From positions 1,280,001 to 1,344,000 of the forward strand of contig CAXXWQ010000004.1 of assembly GCA_963674945.2 (NCBI GenBank): 64,000 nucleotides of DNA, in the 5' to 3' direction. The notes beneath the pieces are model-generated. The model did not search any database, was not told where the DNA came from, and was given only the letters and a program-made list of their open reading frames with translations. How positions within the stretch are numbered: position 1 is the first letter of the stretch; each line of letters begins with the position of its first letter. A program made the position numbers and the translations under genes. This DNA is from an uncultured Desulfosarcina sp. GTDB taxonomy: Bacteria > Desulfobacterota > Desulfobacteria > Desulfobacterales > Desulfosarcinaceae. Positions 43,689 through 54,170 of the stretch are shown piece after piece.

Positions 43689-46133
43689 TTACATCAGGTA
43701 GAAAAGATATGTCATCGAAACCAGTATGACGATGTAGATGACGGCCAGCCCGCCGCCGATTTTCACATAGTCACTGGTTCGGTATTCGCCGGGTCCCATG
43801 TAAAGCGCGTTCACCTGATGGGTCGGCAGGATGAATGAGTTAGACACCCCAAGACCGACGACAATGGCTGCCACCCGCGGGTCGACACCGATCTGACTGG
43901 CAATGGAAATTCCCAGGGGAATGAGAAGTGTGCAGGCACCCACATTGGAAATGACCATTGTGAACCCGCAACTTAAAGTGGCCAGAAGGATCAGAAGCAG
44001 CAGCGGGTTCATCAAGGGCCCGAAGGCGGCGACAATACCTCTGGCCATCCATCCTGCCGTACCGGTCTGATCCATCGCCATTCCCAACGGGATAAGCCCT
44101 CCAAGCAGAAAAACGGTACGCCAATCGACCGCACGGTAAGCCTCATTGATGGATATGACCCGCGTGAGAACCATACCAACGGCACCCAGCATGAGACAGA
44201 CCGAAAGGGGTATTGGATTGTATGGCCGGGTTTGAAAGTAGAAGCTCGACAGCATCATCAAGCCCAACGTCACCATGAAGCAGATCAATGCCCAAACGGA
44301 TTTTTCGGGTTTGTGAAATTCCTCTTCAAACGGTGTAATAATGATAAAGTTCCGGTGAAGCTCTTCCAGTGCGTGCAGTTGCTCCCATGTGCCGTGCAAC
44401 AGCACCGCATCACCGGCCTTTAGCGGCCGGTCGGCCAATTGCCTGTAGAATGCTTTCCCCGACTGATGAATGGCGAGGGCATTCAGGCCAAAGTTCTCCC
44501 GAAAACGAATTTCCTTGATGGTTTGCCCGATAAGGCTGGATCGGGGCGATACCACGCCTTCGACGATTCCCGCCAGGGAGGGATTGAACATGTTGTTTTT
44601 AAAATATACCGGTCCTTCCTTCAGTTCCAGTCCGTAGGTGACAGTGAACCTCTTGACAGCTTTCATGGGACCATAGACACACAGAAAGTGCCCTGGCTGG
44701 AGCACCGTCTCGGGAATCGGGGCAACTTCACACCTGCCTTCCGTTTCGGTATGCGCCACGATGTTCACCAGGTACTGCCTTCGTATTTGTGCAATCGTTA
44801 TAGGAAGTTTTCCCGGACGGAAGTCTTCGGGAACATGAATCTCGAAGGGTCCCTTGATCAGCGGGTATTCGTCAAGAATGCCGTTTCCCGTGCCATCGAT
44901 GGGTTTGCTTTGCGTACGGGACGACTCTTCTTCAAGTTTCGACAGAGTACCCAAACCCACCGTTGAAAGATAGGCAATCCCACCGATGACCAGTGCAAAA
45001 CCGATTGGCGTCAGCTCCAGAAAAGCGAATTTCGGCATCCCGGGAGGAAGAATGTCGTTAAGAAGAATCAGGGGGCTGGTGCCGATCATGGTCAGGGTGC
45101 CCCCGAGAATGGCCGACATGCCGATGGGCATAAGCACTCGTGAAATCGGGATTTTCAGGCGGTAAGAGGTGACCAGTCGAATGGCGGGCAGGAAAAGAAC
45201 GGCGGCGCCGGTATTTTGCATTACGCTGGAGATAACCGCGATGAGACCGGAAAACACGATCGTCAGCCGTCGTGAACTACTTCCTAAGTATTGCAGCAGC
45301 GGTTGAAGAATACGATTGACCAGGCCGGCGCGGTTCAATCCATAGCTGATGATCATCACACCGATAATCGCCACGACGGCGTTGCTGCTGAGGCCTTTAA
45401 ACGTGTCCTGGGCATTGAGCAGGCCCAGCTCGGGAAGCAGTACCATCATCACGATGGCGACAACATCCACACGCACCCACTCAACGATAAAGAGAAAAAC
45501 AGCCACTGCGATGATCGTCAGCATCAACACCTTGGTTTTCAGATGCGTGTCGACTTGAAAGGGCAGGCGGTAGACACCCATATCCTGATTCTTGCGACCA
45601 TCCGCGTCGATCAGCTCGCCATAGATGTCCATCCAGAAAGAGTGACTGCCCGCGTTGGTTCTTGAATTGACGATGTATTTCACATCCGCGCGCAATGGCT
45701 GTGCATCGGAGCCACCGGGAAGATCGAATTTTACCAGAATATGGTGGTAGGGCCTGTCCGGGTTATCACTGTCGATGAACGCAATTCCGCTCGATTCCGG
45801 AACGGCAATATAAATGACCAGTGGCACCGCTGCTTTCCGGTCCCAGCGCACCTGTCTGCCAGCGGCGTTCTCCGGTATCTTCAGCCGTGCTTCCAGTTCA
45901 AAACTGCCGGATTCACCGGCGATCAGGGTCTTAAGGGGACGCTTCATCTGCACATCAATATATTCAGGCATCCGGGAGGGAGCGATACGGCCAGCGGTGA
46001 TCATCGGTTGCGGTAATGGGAGCGTAGCGGTTGGTGTACCCCGGTTTCCTTGGGTAGAGAAAGAAATACCGGGGATAAGAACCACTGAAACGGTGAAACA
46101 TGCAATCCACAAAAGTCGTTTTGAGATCTGCAT
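43689..46133 (-). CDS. SLC13/DASS permease with TrkA-C domains and an extra N-terminal exported domain
   Basis: VRVDVVA, LGGTLTMIGTSPL, SSLIGQTIKEIRFR, VDWRTVFLLGGLIPLG, PTHQVNAL. Confidence 0.87.
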   Translation of the reverse strand: MQISKRLLWIACFTVSVVLIPGISFSTQGNRGTPTATLPLPQPMITAGRIAPSRMPEYIDVQMKRPLKTLIAGESGSFELEARLKIPENAAGRQVRWDRKAAVPLVIYIAVPESSGIAFIDSDNPDRPYHHILVKFDLPGGSDAQPLRADVKYIVNSRTNAGSHSFWMDIYGELIDADGRKNQDMGVYRLPFQVDTHLKTKVLMLTIIAVAVFLFIVEWVRVDVVAIVMMVLLPELGLLNAQDTFKGLSSNAVVAIIGVMIISYGLNRAGLVNRILQPLLQYLGSSSRRLTIVFSGLIAVISSVMQNTGAAVLFLPAIRLVTSYRLKIPISRVLMPIGMSAILGGTLTMIGTSPLILLNDILPPGMPKFAFLELTPIGFALVIGGIAYLSTVGLGTLSKLEEESSRTQSKPIDGTGNGILDEYPLIKGPFEIHVPEDFRPGKLPITIAQIRRQYLVNIVAHTETEGRCEVAPIPETVLQPGHFLCVYGPMKAVKRFTVTYGLELKEGPVYFKNNMFNPSLAGIVEGVVSPRSSLIGQTIKEIRFRENFGLNALAIHQSGKAFYRQLADRPLKAGDAVLLHGTWEQLHALEELHRNFIIITPFEEEFHKPEKSVWALICFMVTLGLMMLSSFYFQTRPYNPIPLSVCLMLGAVGMVLTRVISINEAYRAVDWRTVFLLGGLIPLGMAMDQTGTAGWMARGIVAAFGPLMNPLLLLILLATLSCGFTMVISNVGACTLLIPLGISIASQIGVDPRVAAIVVGLGVSNSFILPTHQVNALYMGPGEYRTSDYVKIGGGLAVIYIVILVSMTYLFYLM

Positions 46134-46210
46134 AATAAAAAATATATCACAGAAAGGCTGAAGTCAGAAAGGCCGGATACAACCTTTTTGAATCCAATCA
46201 TCATGGAAAA

Positions 46211-48133
46211 TCATTTCAACATAGGGGAATGGCTGCGTTGCGCCTTCTCCTGCCCATGACTGCGCACCACCATCACCGGGATATCGATGGCGTGGCGCAC
46301 GGTAGATACGGTCTGCCCGAAAACAATATCATCCATGCCGCGATGACCGTGGGATCCCATGATCAACATATCAATACCGGCGGCGTTTACTGCTTCGACG
46401 ATCTGTTCGGCCGGACGGCCATAGCGTAGCGAAAACTCCACGGAAAGGTCCGCATCTTCAATTTCCCGTGCCAGATGCATAAGATAGGACTCGTCTTCTG
46501 AACTGTGCAGACTCCGACTCTCCTCACCCAGCATGAGTGTGCCCGGGGTGTCGACCACATGTAGCAGGGTGATCCGAGCAAGATGTCCCCGCGCTTCGGC
46601 GATGGCGGCAGAAAGGATCGCCCCATCGCCGTCAGCATGCTGCAGACACACCCCGATATGCCGTATCCGAACCGGTCTGATCGAATTGGCGACATCGCCG
46701 GCATCGGTGGTGATATCACTCTCCCACTGCCGGCCGGCACGAAAGAAAAGAGGGATCGTAATGCCGACCAGTACCCACATGACAATCCCGATGGGAATCA
46801 GGACAACGGAACATATCCAGAAAGGACACGCGGCGAGCCATCCGGTCAGAGCGTCAAAAACCAGTTTCAGATTCAGGGCGAGGACAACGGCGGCGATCAC
46901 CGAGGCTGCGACGGTAACCCAAACGCGATTTGCAAAGACGCCCATCTTTCCCGGATCGGACGTAAAATGGATCAGTGGAATCATGGCAAATGGCAGTTGC
47001 AGACTGAGCACTACCTGGGAAAAAAGTAACAAACGGTAAAGACCGTTGTCGCCGGACAGTGCGATGACGATGGTTGCCGGTACCAAAGCCAGTCCGCGGG
47101 TCACCAGACGTCTCATCCAGGGCTGCATGCGCAGGTTGAGAAATCCTTCCATGACGATCTGTCCGGAAAGCGTTCCGGTGATGGTCGAACTCTGACCGGC
47201 GGCCAGCAACGCCACGGCAAAGGCGAGCGGTGCCAGTTTGGAGCCCAACACACCATCGAGCAACGTGTGCGCTTGCTGGATCTCGGTTACCAGAATTCCT
47301 CTGCTGTGAAAGTCCGCTGCTGCCATTACGAGAATGGCGGCGTTTACAAAAAATGCAGCATTGAGCGCCACCACTGAATCGATCAGGTTGAACCGGCAAG
47401 CTTCCCGCTTGGCGGTGACCGTGTCGGAGACGGCCCGCGACTGTACCAGCGAGGAGTGCAGGTAGAGATTGTGAGGCATTACCGTGGCACCGATCATTCC
47501 GATGGCCACGTAAAGGGCCTAAGAATTCAGATGGGGAACGAATCCCCCGGCGATTCCCCCCCAATCCGGCCTGGCGAGATAGACTTCAATGAAGAAACAG
47601 GAGCCGATGGTCGCCACCAGCATGACGATTAAGGCTTCCATCTTTCGCATGCCCAACCGCTGAAGAGCCAGAAGCAAAAACGTGTCCAGAGCGGTCACGG
47701 CGCATCCCCAAAGCAATGGCAGTCCAAACAGCAGGTTTAAACCGACGACGGTACCCAATATTTCAGCCAGATCGGTGGCCGCGATGGCGATTTCAGCCAA
47801 CACCCAAAGGAAGAAGTTGATCGAAGGACGATATTCTCGACGGCATCCCTGGGCCAAATCCAATCCGGTAACGATTCCCAGCCGGGCGCTTAAGGTCTGC
47901 AGAACCACTGCCATGACGTTGGACATCAGCAGCACCCAGATGAGCATGTAACCGAAACGGGCGCCGCCCTCGATGTCCGTGGCCCAGTTACCCGGATCCA
48001 TGTATCCTACACTGACCAGGTAGGCCGGCCCTACAAAAGCAATCAGTCGATGGAGGTTGTTCTTTTTCTTAACGTCGATCTTCGCTCTGATACTACCGTT
48101 CCCAATCTGACCAATCGCATTGGAAGTATACAT
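46211..48133 (-). pseudogene. mntH: Nramp (MntH)-Usp fusion interrupted by an in-frame TAG
   Basis: GYMDPGNW and MPHNLYLHS signatures, C-terminal Usp domain (MGSHGHRG); TAG at 47519-47521 in frame (PHLNS*ALYVAIG). Confidence 0.88.
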
Positions 48134-48168
48134 GAGCCCTGAATCTCCGTTTTAGAATGAAAACATGT

Positions 48169-48591
48169 CTACTGACGACAAGTCTGTCCACTTGCTGTTG
48201 AGAACAGCTCGGGGTACAGCTTCTCTTTGCACTCGGGGCAGATGGAGTGGGAAAACTGTACCTTGGAATGGCTGCTGAAATATGTCTCGATCTGCTCCCA
48301 CTGGTCTCGGATACGAATCTTCTTACAATTGGCACAAATGGGAAGAAATCCCTCCAATACCCGGATGTGTTGGATCATACGCCTGAAAAAAAACAATTCG
48401 ATCCCCATGACCAAACTAAACATGATCAACTCGATCCATATTTCACCGGTCCGTTGATGCCAGGTGGTTGCAGCGTCATGGAACAAAAAATGGGGCAGAT
48501 CAAAGACTTCATTGGTTATGGTCAGCAAAAAGAACAGAAATAGAACGATAAATTGCCAAATCAAAACCCATCGTATCTGTTGGCTTCTCAT
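48169..48591 (-). CDS. two-TM protein with a C-terminal CxxC...CxxC zinc-ribbon module
   Basis: LPICANCKKIR...WEQIETY...FSHSICPEC. Confidence 0.75.
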   Translation of the reverse strand: MRSQQIRWVLIWQFIVLFLFFLLTITNEVFDLPHFLFHDAATTWHQRTGEIWIELIMFSLVMGIELFFFRRMIQHIRVLEGFLPICANCKKIRIRDQWEQIETYFSSHSKVQFSHSICPECKEKLYPELFSTASGQTCRQ

Positions 48592-48634
48592 GTGGCTCCT
48601 CTTATTACGATTGCGACAAAGAACGAATAGCTGC

Positions 48635-49099
48635 TCACTGAACGAAGGCCGTCACGTTGACCCCCATATGATACACCAACTGCCCCCCCAGATAGGCGGT
48701 CGTCAGCAATCCGGCGATCCCCACCAGTCCAGGCAACTCGGCCAGCCAACCGCGCACACCGCGCAACGGATATTTCCGCCAGATGGCAAGCCACCGAATG
48801 AGAAGGTGCAACTTGAAAATGATAATAGTGGTCACGGCTGCGACTTCATGGGTTTCAATCGGGCCTATGGGGAAACCGGTGGCCACGGCTTTGTCCGAGG
48901 CGATATCACCGAACACTGCGGCCACAATCGCAATCACACTCCCTGCCAAAAGACTGTAAGAAGCGACCATGGGCCATCGCAGGCGGGCGCTCATATCACC
49001 ACCACGGATCAGGACGGCCACGGAAATGGTTCCGGCACAGATCCATAAAACGATTGGAAAGTGCACCAGCATTGGATGGATGTCAGTAATTGCAATCAT
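48635..49099 (-). CDS. DUF2231-like membrane protein
   Basis: HPMLVHFPI...H...AYLGGQLVY. Confidence 0.8.
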   Translation of the reverse strand: MIAITDIHPMLVHFPIVLWICAGTISVAVLIRGGDMSARLRWPMVASYSLLAGSVIAIVAAVFGDIASDKAVATGFPIGPIETHEVAAVTTIIIFKLHLLIRWLAIWRKYPLRGVRGWLAELPGLVGIAGLLTTAYLGGQLVYHMGVNVTAFVQ

Positions 49100-49865
49100 G
49101 GGTCACCTCCTTTTTCATCGTATCGGCCTGATGCACAGGAATAGAACAGCTGATGCGATGGATCATGTAACTTGTTTCAATCTGGTTTAAAATTGCCTTG
49201 AGTAGGATAGTTCGATCTTCTGTCATATCAATCTTCGGCAGGATAAAGACCGTTAGCAGGTCGGGATTTCGCCGGGGTGAACAAAAGGTTTGCAATCCAT
49301 TACCGTGCTGGCCGTCGAGGATGGCACGGTTGCCCAATGTTGCGGACGGAAGTCTTTGATCGGATCGTGTAACTGCGTGTTCATAAACGGTCTGTCTGTC
49401 GTGACGGTCGATCATTCGCACGACAAGCCAGGGGGCGACGGCTACGGTCATGGCTTTTGTCGCCAACTGATCGACCAGTTTTTTGAGTTCCCGTCGGCTC
49501 TGTGGATAGCATTGCACATCACAAACGACAGACTCGATTTCCTGAATTTCAACATTTACTGTGCCGATATAGTTGAAGGCTTCGGCCAATCGGGAAACCA
49601 GTCTGGACTTCTCCTTTCCGGCATGTTCTGCAATCTTCTTGTATGCTTTTAAGGTGTGCATGAAACTTCTTAGAATAATGAAAGAAATTACGAAAAGTGC
49701 CAGAATGAGGAGTGTCTCAAAGGTCTCCTCTTCGATGATATATCGATGGGTAAAGGGAATTCCGTTCCGAATCATCAGTGGCGTGGCGACGACGCAAAGG
49801 AAAAGTGAAATAAGAAGAAGTACATAAAAACCAATGAGAATATTTTGCTTTTGTATGGTTTTCAT
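49083..49865 (-). CDS. hypothetical membrane protein
   Basis: two TM segments then a soluble domain; RBS GGAGG; co-oriented within the operon. Confidence 0.7.
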   Translation of the reverse strand: MKTIQKQNILIGFYVLLLISLFLCVVATPLMIRNGIPFTHRYIIEEETFETLLILALFVISFIILRSFMHTLKAYKKIAEHAGKEKSRLVSRLAEAFNYIGTVNVEIQEIESVVCDVQCYPQSRRELKKLVDQLATKAMTVAVAPWLVVRMIDRHDRQTVYEHAVTRSDQRLPSATLGNRAILDGQHGNGLQTFCSPRRNPDLLTVFILPKIDMTEDRTILLKAILNQIETSYMIHRISCSIPVHQADTMKKEVTHDCNY

Positions 49866-49934
49866 ACGACCTCCGATAAAAGCTGCAAAGACGATTCAAT
49901 TCATGAAAATCCACATAACCAAATTGAGTCTTTG

Positions 49935-52454
49935 TCACACATGGGCATCCCGATGGGTATGATGGGGTGCCAAGGGAGCGTGCACCGTTTCCAGAAACTG
50001 CTCATGCCGGTGGCCTTGCATGTTGAAGTGGCTGTAAACCAACGTCTTGGCCCAGTCGGTAAAAAAGGCCCAAACGATCGAATACCCCCAGATCAGGCCG
50101 ATTTCCGTCCAGCGGATAGGGGTGATCAATCCGAACCCGTAGGCTGCCAGTAAGGTGCCGGCAATTTTTGTAGCCAGTGCAGACCATATCATCACCGGTG
50201 CAGGATAGGGTTTTTTGAGGAAAAAGCCCTTGCTGCGGGCCACAAACAGCGTGAGGTGACCGGAAACGGCCATTTTTAGAAAGATGTACGTTTGAACCTG
50301 AGAAATGCTCAGATGCAAAATATTCAGTGCGATGTAAAGCATGAAGAAGCTACCGACCACGCCTGTCAGTCCCATGACCGACGAAACGGCGATAATGCGG
50401 TGCATGTCCCAGCGTACCGGTTTCGGTTCCAGTCCGGTATGATCATAGGCAATGGTCATGATCGGAATGTCGTTGAGAAAAGCCAGAAGGATGATCATGA
50501 TGGCCGTAATGGGATAGAAATTGAACACAATCATCGCCAGTACAACGAAAATCATGATCCGGATCGTCTCCGTGATGCGATAGATGGCGTAGCTGTTCAT
50601 CCGTTCGAAAATCCGGCGAGCCTCCTCCACGGCGCGCACGAGCACCGACAGTCCCGGTGCGGTCAGCACCAGATCGGCTGCCGCCCTGGCCGCATCGGTG
50701 GCCCCGCTGACGGCAACGCCCACATCGGCCTGCTTGAGTGCCGGTGCATCGTTGACACCGTCACCGGTCATGCCGACGATGTGCCCTTTGTCCTGGAGGG
50801 CTTTGACGATGGAAAATTTGTGTTCGGGAAAGACCTGGGCAAAGCCGTCTGTCGCCTCGGTTTGTTCGGCCAAGTCATCATCTGCCGTACTTTTCGTTTC
50901 ACGGAAAAGCTGATCCGCTTTCCGGATATTCTTTCCAAGCCCGAGCGTACCAGCAATTTCCCGGGCAATTGCCAGGTTGTCACCGGTAACCATCTTGACT
51001 TGAATACCGTGGGATTTTGCCTGGGAAATGGTCTCGGCCGAATCCTCTCTCGGTGGATCAAATAGCGGCAGAATCCCCAGCAGCTGCCAGGGGCCGTCCT
51101 CTCCGATGGAACGCGCCACACCTAACGTTCGTTGGCCCTTCTCGGCCAGATCGTCGACTACGGCTTCGACTTTCTCACGCATTGGACGATCGATGTCGGC
51201 CAGATCCATGATTACCTGTGGTGCACCCTTGCTGACCCGTAACGTCCGGCCCGTTGCATCCCGGACCGTTGCCTGTGTCCGTTTTCCCACAGGATCGAAC
51301 GGTACGAAAGAGAGTTGTTCAAAATCATCTAGTTGGCGAGGATTCTTCACCGCTTCGATCATGGCCGAATCGATGCTATCATTGTTCTCAGCCTTGGATG
51401 CCAGGGCCGCAGTCAAAATCAGATCATCGATAGGAAACGACTCAAATGTTCTCGGCTTTCCCAGAGTCAGACGATTCTGGGTCAGCGTACCGGTTTTATC
51501 CAAGCAGAGGATATCCATCCCCGCCATTTCCTCTACCGATTCCAGACGAGAGACGATGGCTTTCATCTTGGATAGCGCCAACGCCCCTACCGCCATGGTC
51601 ACCGAGAGCACAGCCGGCATGGCCACAGGTATCGATGCGACGGTAAGAATCAACGCGAACTGGAGCAGTTCGGTGAGACTGGCCCCACGGAAAAGCTGCA
51701 CGACAACGAGGACCGCCACCAGCCCGAGACTCAGATAAATCAGGTAGTCTCCGATTTGCAGGACCGCTTTTTGAAAATGGGATGCCTTGCCGGCTCCGGC
51801 CACCAGTCTGGCTGTTCGGCCGAAGTAGGTCTCGGCGCCGGTGGTCGTGACGAGGGCGATCATCTCACCTTGTTTGGCAATGGAGCCTGAGTAGACGACA
51901 TCGTCTTTTTCCTTTCCGGCCGGCAGGGATTCACCGGTAAGGGCCGACTGGTCTACGCTCAGGTAATCGCCGTCGATCAATTTGGCATCGGCTGGAATGA
52001 TGTCGCCGGCCCGCAGGCGGATGATGTCACCGGGAACCAGCTCACGGGAATTCAGCATTTGCCAGCGCCCGTCACGCAGCACCCGGCTTTCAAGGGCCAA
52101 CTTTTTTTTGAGGGCGGCAACCGCATTCCCGGCCTGGTATTCCTGCCAGAACCCAACGGCGGCATTGAACAGAAGCAACGCGACAATGATGCCAAAATCG
52201 ACCCAATGATGAACCACCAAAGAAAGGATTGCCGCCGCTTCGATCATCCACGGAATCGGTCCCCACAAGTATCCCAGAAATTCCAGTATGGGATTGGTCG
52301 TTTTTTCCTTGATCTCGTTGGCACCGACCTGCGCCAGCCGCCTCTTGGCATCGTCCTGGGAGAGCCCCTGCCGGCTTGCATGCAGCGTTTCCATCAATTC
52401 ATCGGCAGAAATCTGCCGCGCAACCTTTGTCTCTATCTGCCTTGTTTCTACCAT
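49935..52454 (-). CDS. plasma-membrane-type H+-exporting P-type ATPase (type IIIA)
   Basis: WGPIPWMIEAAA, DQSALTGES, SIPVAMP, DKTGT, KGAPQ, DPPR, TGDGVNDAPALK, LNDIP. Confidence 0.92.
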   Translation of the reverse strand: MVETRQIETKVARQISADELMETLHASRQGLSQDDAKRRLAQVGANEIKEKTTNPILEFLGYLWGPIPWMIEAAAILSLVVHHWVDFGIIVALLLFNAAVGFWQEYQAGNAVAALKKKLALESRVLRDGRWQMLNSRELVPGDIIRLRAGDIIPADAKLIDGDYLSVDQSALTGESLPAGKEKDDVVYSGSIAKQGEMIALVTTTGAETYFGRTARLVAGAGKASHFQKAVLQIGDYLIYLSLGLVAVLVVVQLFRGASLTELLQFALILTVASIPVAMPAVLSVTMAVGALALSKMKAIVSRLESVEEMAGMDILCLDKTGTLTQNRLTLGKPRTFESFPIDDLILTAALASKAENNDSIDSAMIEAVKNPRQLDDFEQLSFVPFDPVGKRTQATVRDATGRTLRVSKGAPQVIMDLADIDRPMREKVEAVVDDLAEKGQRTLGVARSIGEDGPWQLLGILPLFDPPREDSAETISQAKSHGIQVKMVTGDNLAIAREIAGTLGLGKNIRKADQLFRETKSTADDDLAEQTEATDGFAQVFPEHKFSIVKALQDKGHIVGMTGDGVNDAPALKQADVGVAVSGATDAARAAADLVLTAPGLSVLVRAVEEARRIFERMNSYAIYRITETIRIMIFVVLAMIVFNFYPITAIMIILLAFLNDIPIMTIAYDHTGLEPKPVRWDMHRIIAVSSVMGLTGVVGSFFMLYIALNILHLSISQVQTYIFLKMAVSGHLTLFVARSKGFFLKKPYPAPVMIWSALATKIAGTLLAAYGFGLITPIRWTEIGLIWGYSIVWAFFTDWAKTLVYSHFNMQGHRHEQFLETVHAPLAPHHTHRDAHV

Positions 52455-52531
52455 TGTCCTACTCCTACTATCGCTTGCCATTTCTTCTAAATGGTTCGGC
52501 TCATGCCACAAACGCCGCTCAATCTTCTCAT

Positions 52532-52969
52532 CTATTTTACCAGCATGAGTGTTGCCGGGAGTTTCCGAATGATTTCATCGTTGGTCCTGCCGAACAAAAA
52601 GTGTTCCAGACGTCCTTCACGATGTGCCAGCATGAGTATCAGATCCACGTTTTTGTCTTCAACTGCCTGACGTATGGCATCGACGGGATTCCCGTCTTTC
52701 ACCCATTCGTTGACGACCATTCCTTCCGCCCTTTCGGCCCTGACCAGACGATGCAGTTCGTCCCGGGCCTTGGTGACCATGGTTTTGTATTCTTCGTCCA
52801 AAGACGGTACCGGAAGATTCCAACCGTTCACATTGAAGGGGTCGTGAATGATATGCATAACATGCAACCGGGCGTCGAATTTACGAGCCAGGGCGATTCC
52901 GGTACGCAGCACTTTGATGCAATGCTCAGTAGAACGACTGACAACGAGAATGTTATTAAATGATTCCAT
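52532..52969 (-). CDS. universal stress protein
   Basis: NILV...ARKFDARLHVMHI...GNPVDAI...DLILM...FGRT. Confidence 0.85.
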   Translation of the reverse strand: MESFNNILVVSRSTEHCIKVLRTGIALARKFDARLHVMHIIHDPFNVNGWNLPVPSLDEEYKTMVTKARDELHRLVRAERAEGMVVNEWVKDGNPVDAIRQAVEDKNVDLILMLAHREGRLEHFLFGRTNDEIIRKLPATLMLVK

Positions 52970-53369
52970 GGCGGTCTCCTTTCGTTGCTGTGCACCGGTA
53001 ATTTCGGTGCACTGGGTCGGCGAGGACGGTGGTAACGATTTCTTCGAACTCCTTGCTCTTGCTTAAAAAATAATCCGCTCCAAATTTTTGACACTGCTCG
53101 CGATGTTTGGCATCGTCGAGATTGGTAAGCATGATAACCACCATCTTCGGGTATTTGATTTTAAACGTTTTGAGCAGGTCGATGCCACTTTGGCCGGGTA
53201 AAAAGATGTCAAGAACGACGGTGTCCGGTCTTATCCGTTCGACAGCATCGAGGGCATCGGGGCCGCTGCCGGCCTCGCCGACGATCCGGATTTTATCGGA
53301 TTCTGTAAGGAACTCGGCGATCCGTTTGCGGATCTGAGAAGAATCGTCGATGATGAATACTTTTTTCAT
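52956..53369 (-). CDS. single-domain response regulator
   Basis: FIIDDS, PDTVVLDIFLP, MLT, GADYFLSK. Confidence 0.87.
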   Translation of the reverse strand: MKKVFIIDDSSQIRKRIAEFLTESDKIRIVGEAGSGPDALDAVERIRPDTVVLDIFLPGQSGIDLLKTFKIKYPKMVVIMLTNLDDAKHREQCQKFGADYFLSKSKEFEEIVTTVLADPVHRNYRCTATKGDRHGII

Positions 53370-53537
53370 TGGCCTGCTCCTTGTTCGTTAGGCCAATGAT
53401 AAGACGGGAAGGCTTGTGGAAAAATCGGCGAATCTCTGATCTTGGTGTCGGCGGGAATCGAAAGATCGTGTCGGTGTTTGTCCGACACAGAAAAGATTTC
53501 AATCGTGCGAATCGGCTATAATCCGGATGGATGCGAC

Positions 53538-54170
53538 CTAATCCACCAGACCATTTTGCACCGCATAGTGAATCAACTCGGCATTGTTGTGGAGATGCAT
53601 CTTCTCCAGAATGCGGGTTCGGTAGGTACTTACTGTCTTTACGCTCAAGGCAAGGCTGTCGGCGATCTGAGAAACAGTCTTACCGGCGCCGATCTGGCAG
53701 AGTACCTGGTATTCACGATCCGAAAGGGTTTCGTGAGGCAGTTTGCTTGTATCCTCGTCCAAAGCGAAAGCAATCTTTTCTGCCAGGGACTGACTGATGT
53801 ACTTGCCCCCGCGATGCACCTTGCGGATGGCCTCGACCAGTTCTTCGTCTGCGCTTGCCTTGGTCAGATAGCCGGAGGCCCCTGCCTTGAGTATTCTCAG
53901 TGCGTACTGGGATTCAGGATGGATGGTAAGGATGACCACCGGAATATGGGGCTTGTCTATCTTGAGCTGTTTGAGAACGTCCAGGCCATCCATACCCGGC
54001 ATGGTCAGATCGAGAAGGATCACATCAAAATCCCTCTCTCGCACCTGTTTCAACAATGCATTGCCATTGGCGGCCTCGCCGACAACGGTGATACCTGTTT
54101 CCTCACTGATGATCTGTTTCAAACCGGCACGTACGATGGGATGATCGTCGGCGATGATAACCTGGATCAT
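53538..54170 (-). CDS. NarL/UvrY-family response regulator
   Basis: IADDHPIVR, LLDLTMP, LSDREYQV, SVKTVSTYRTRILEK. Confidence 0.93.
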   Translation of the reverse strand: MIQVIIADDHPIVRAGLKQIISEETGITVVGEAANGNALLKQVRERDFDVILLDLTMPGMDGLDVLKQLKIDKPHIPVVILTIHPESQYALRILKAGASGYLTKASADEELVEAIRKVHRGGKYISQSLAEKIAFALDEDTSKLPHETLSDREYQVLCQIGAGKTVSQIADSLALSVKTVSTYRTRILEKMHLHNNAELIHYAVQNGLVD

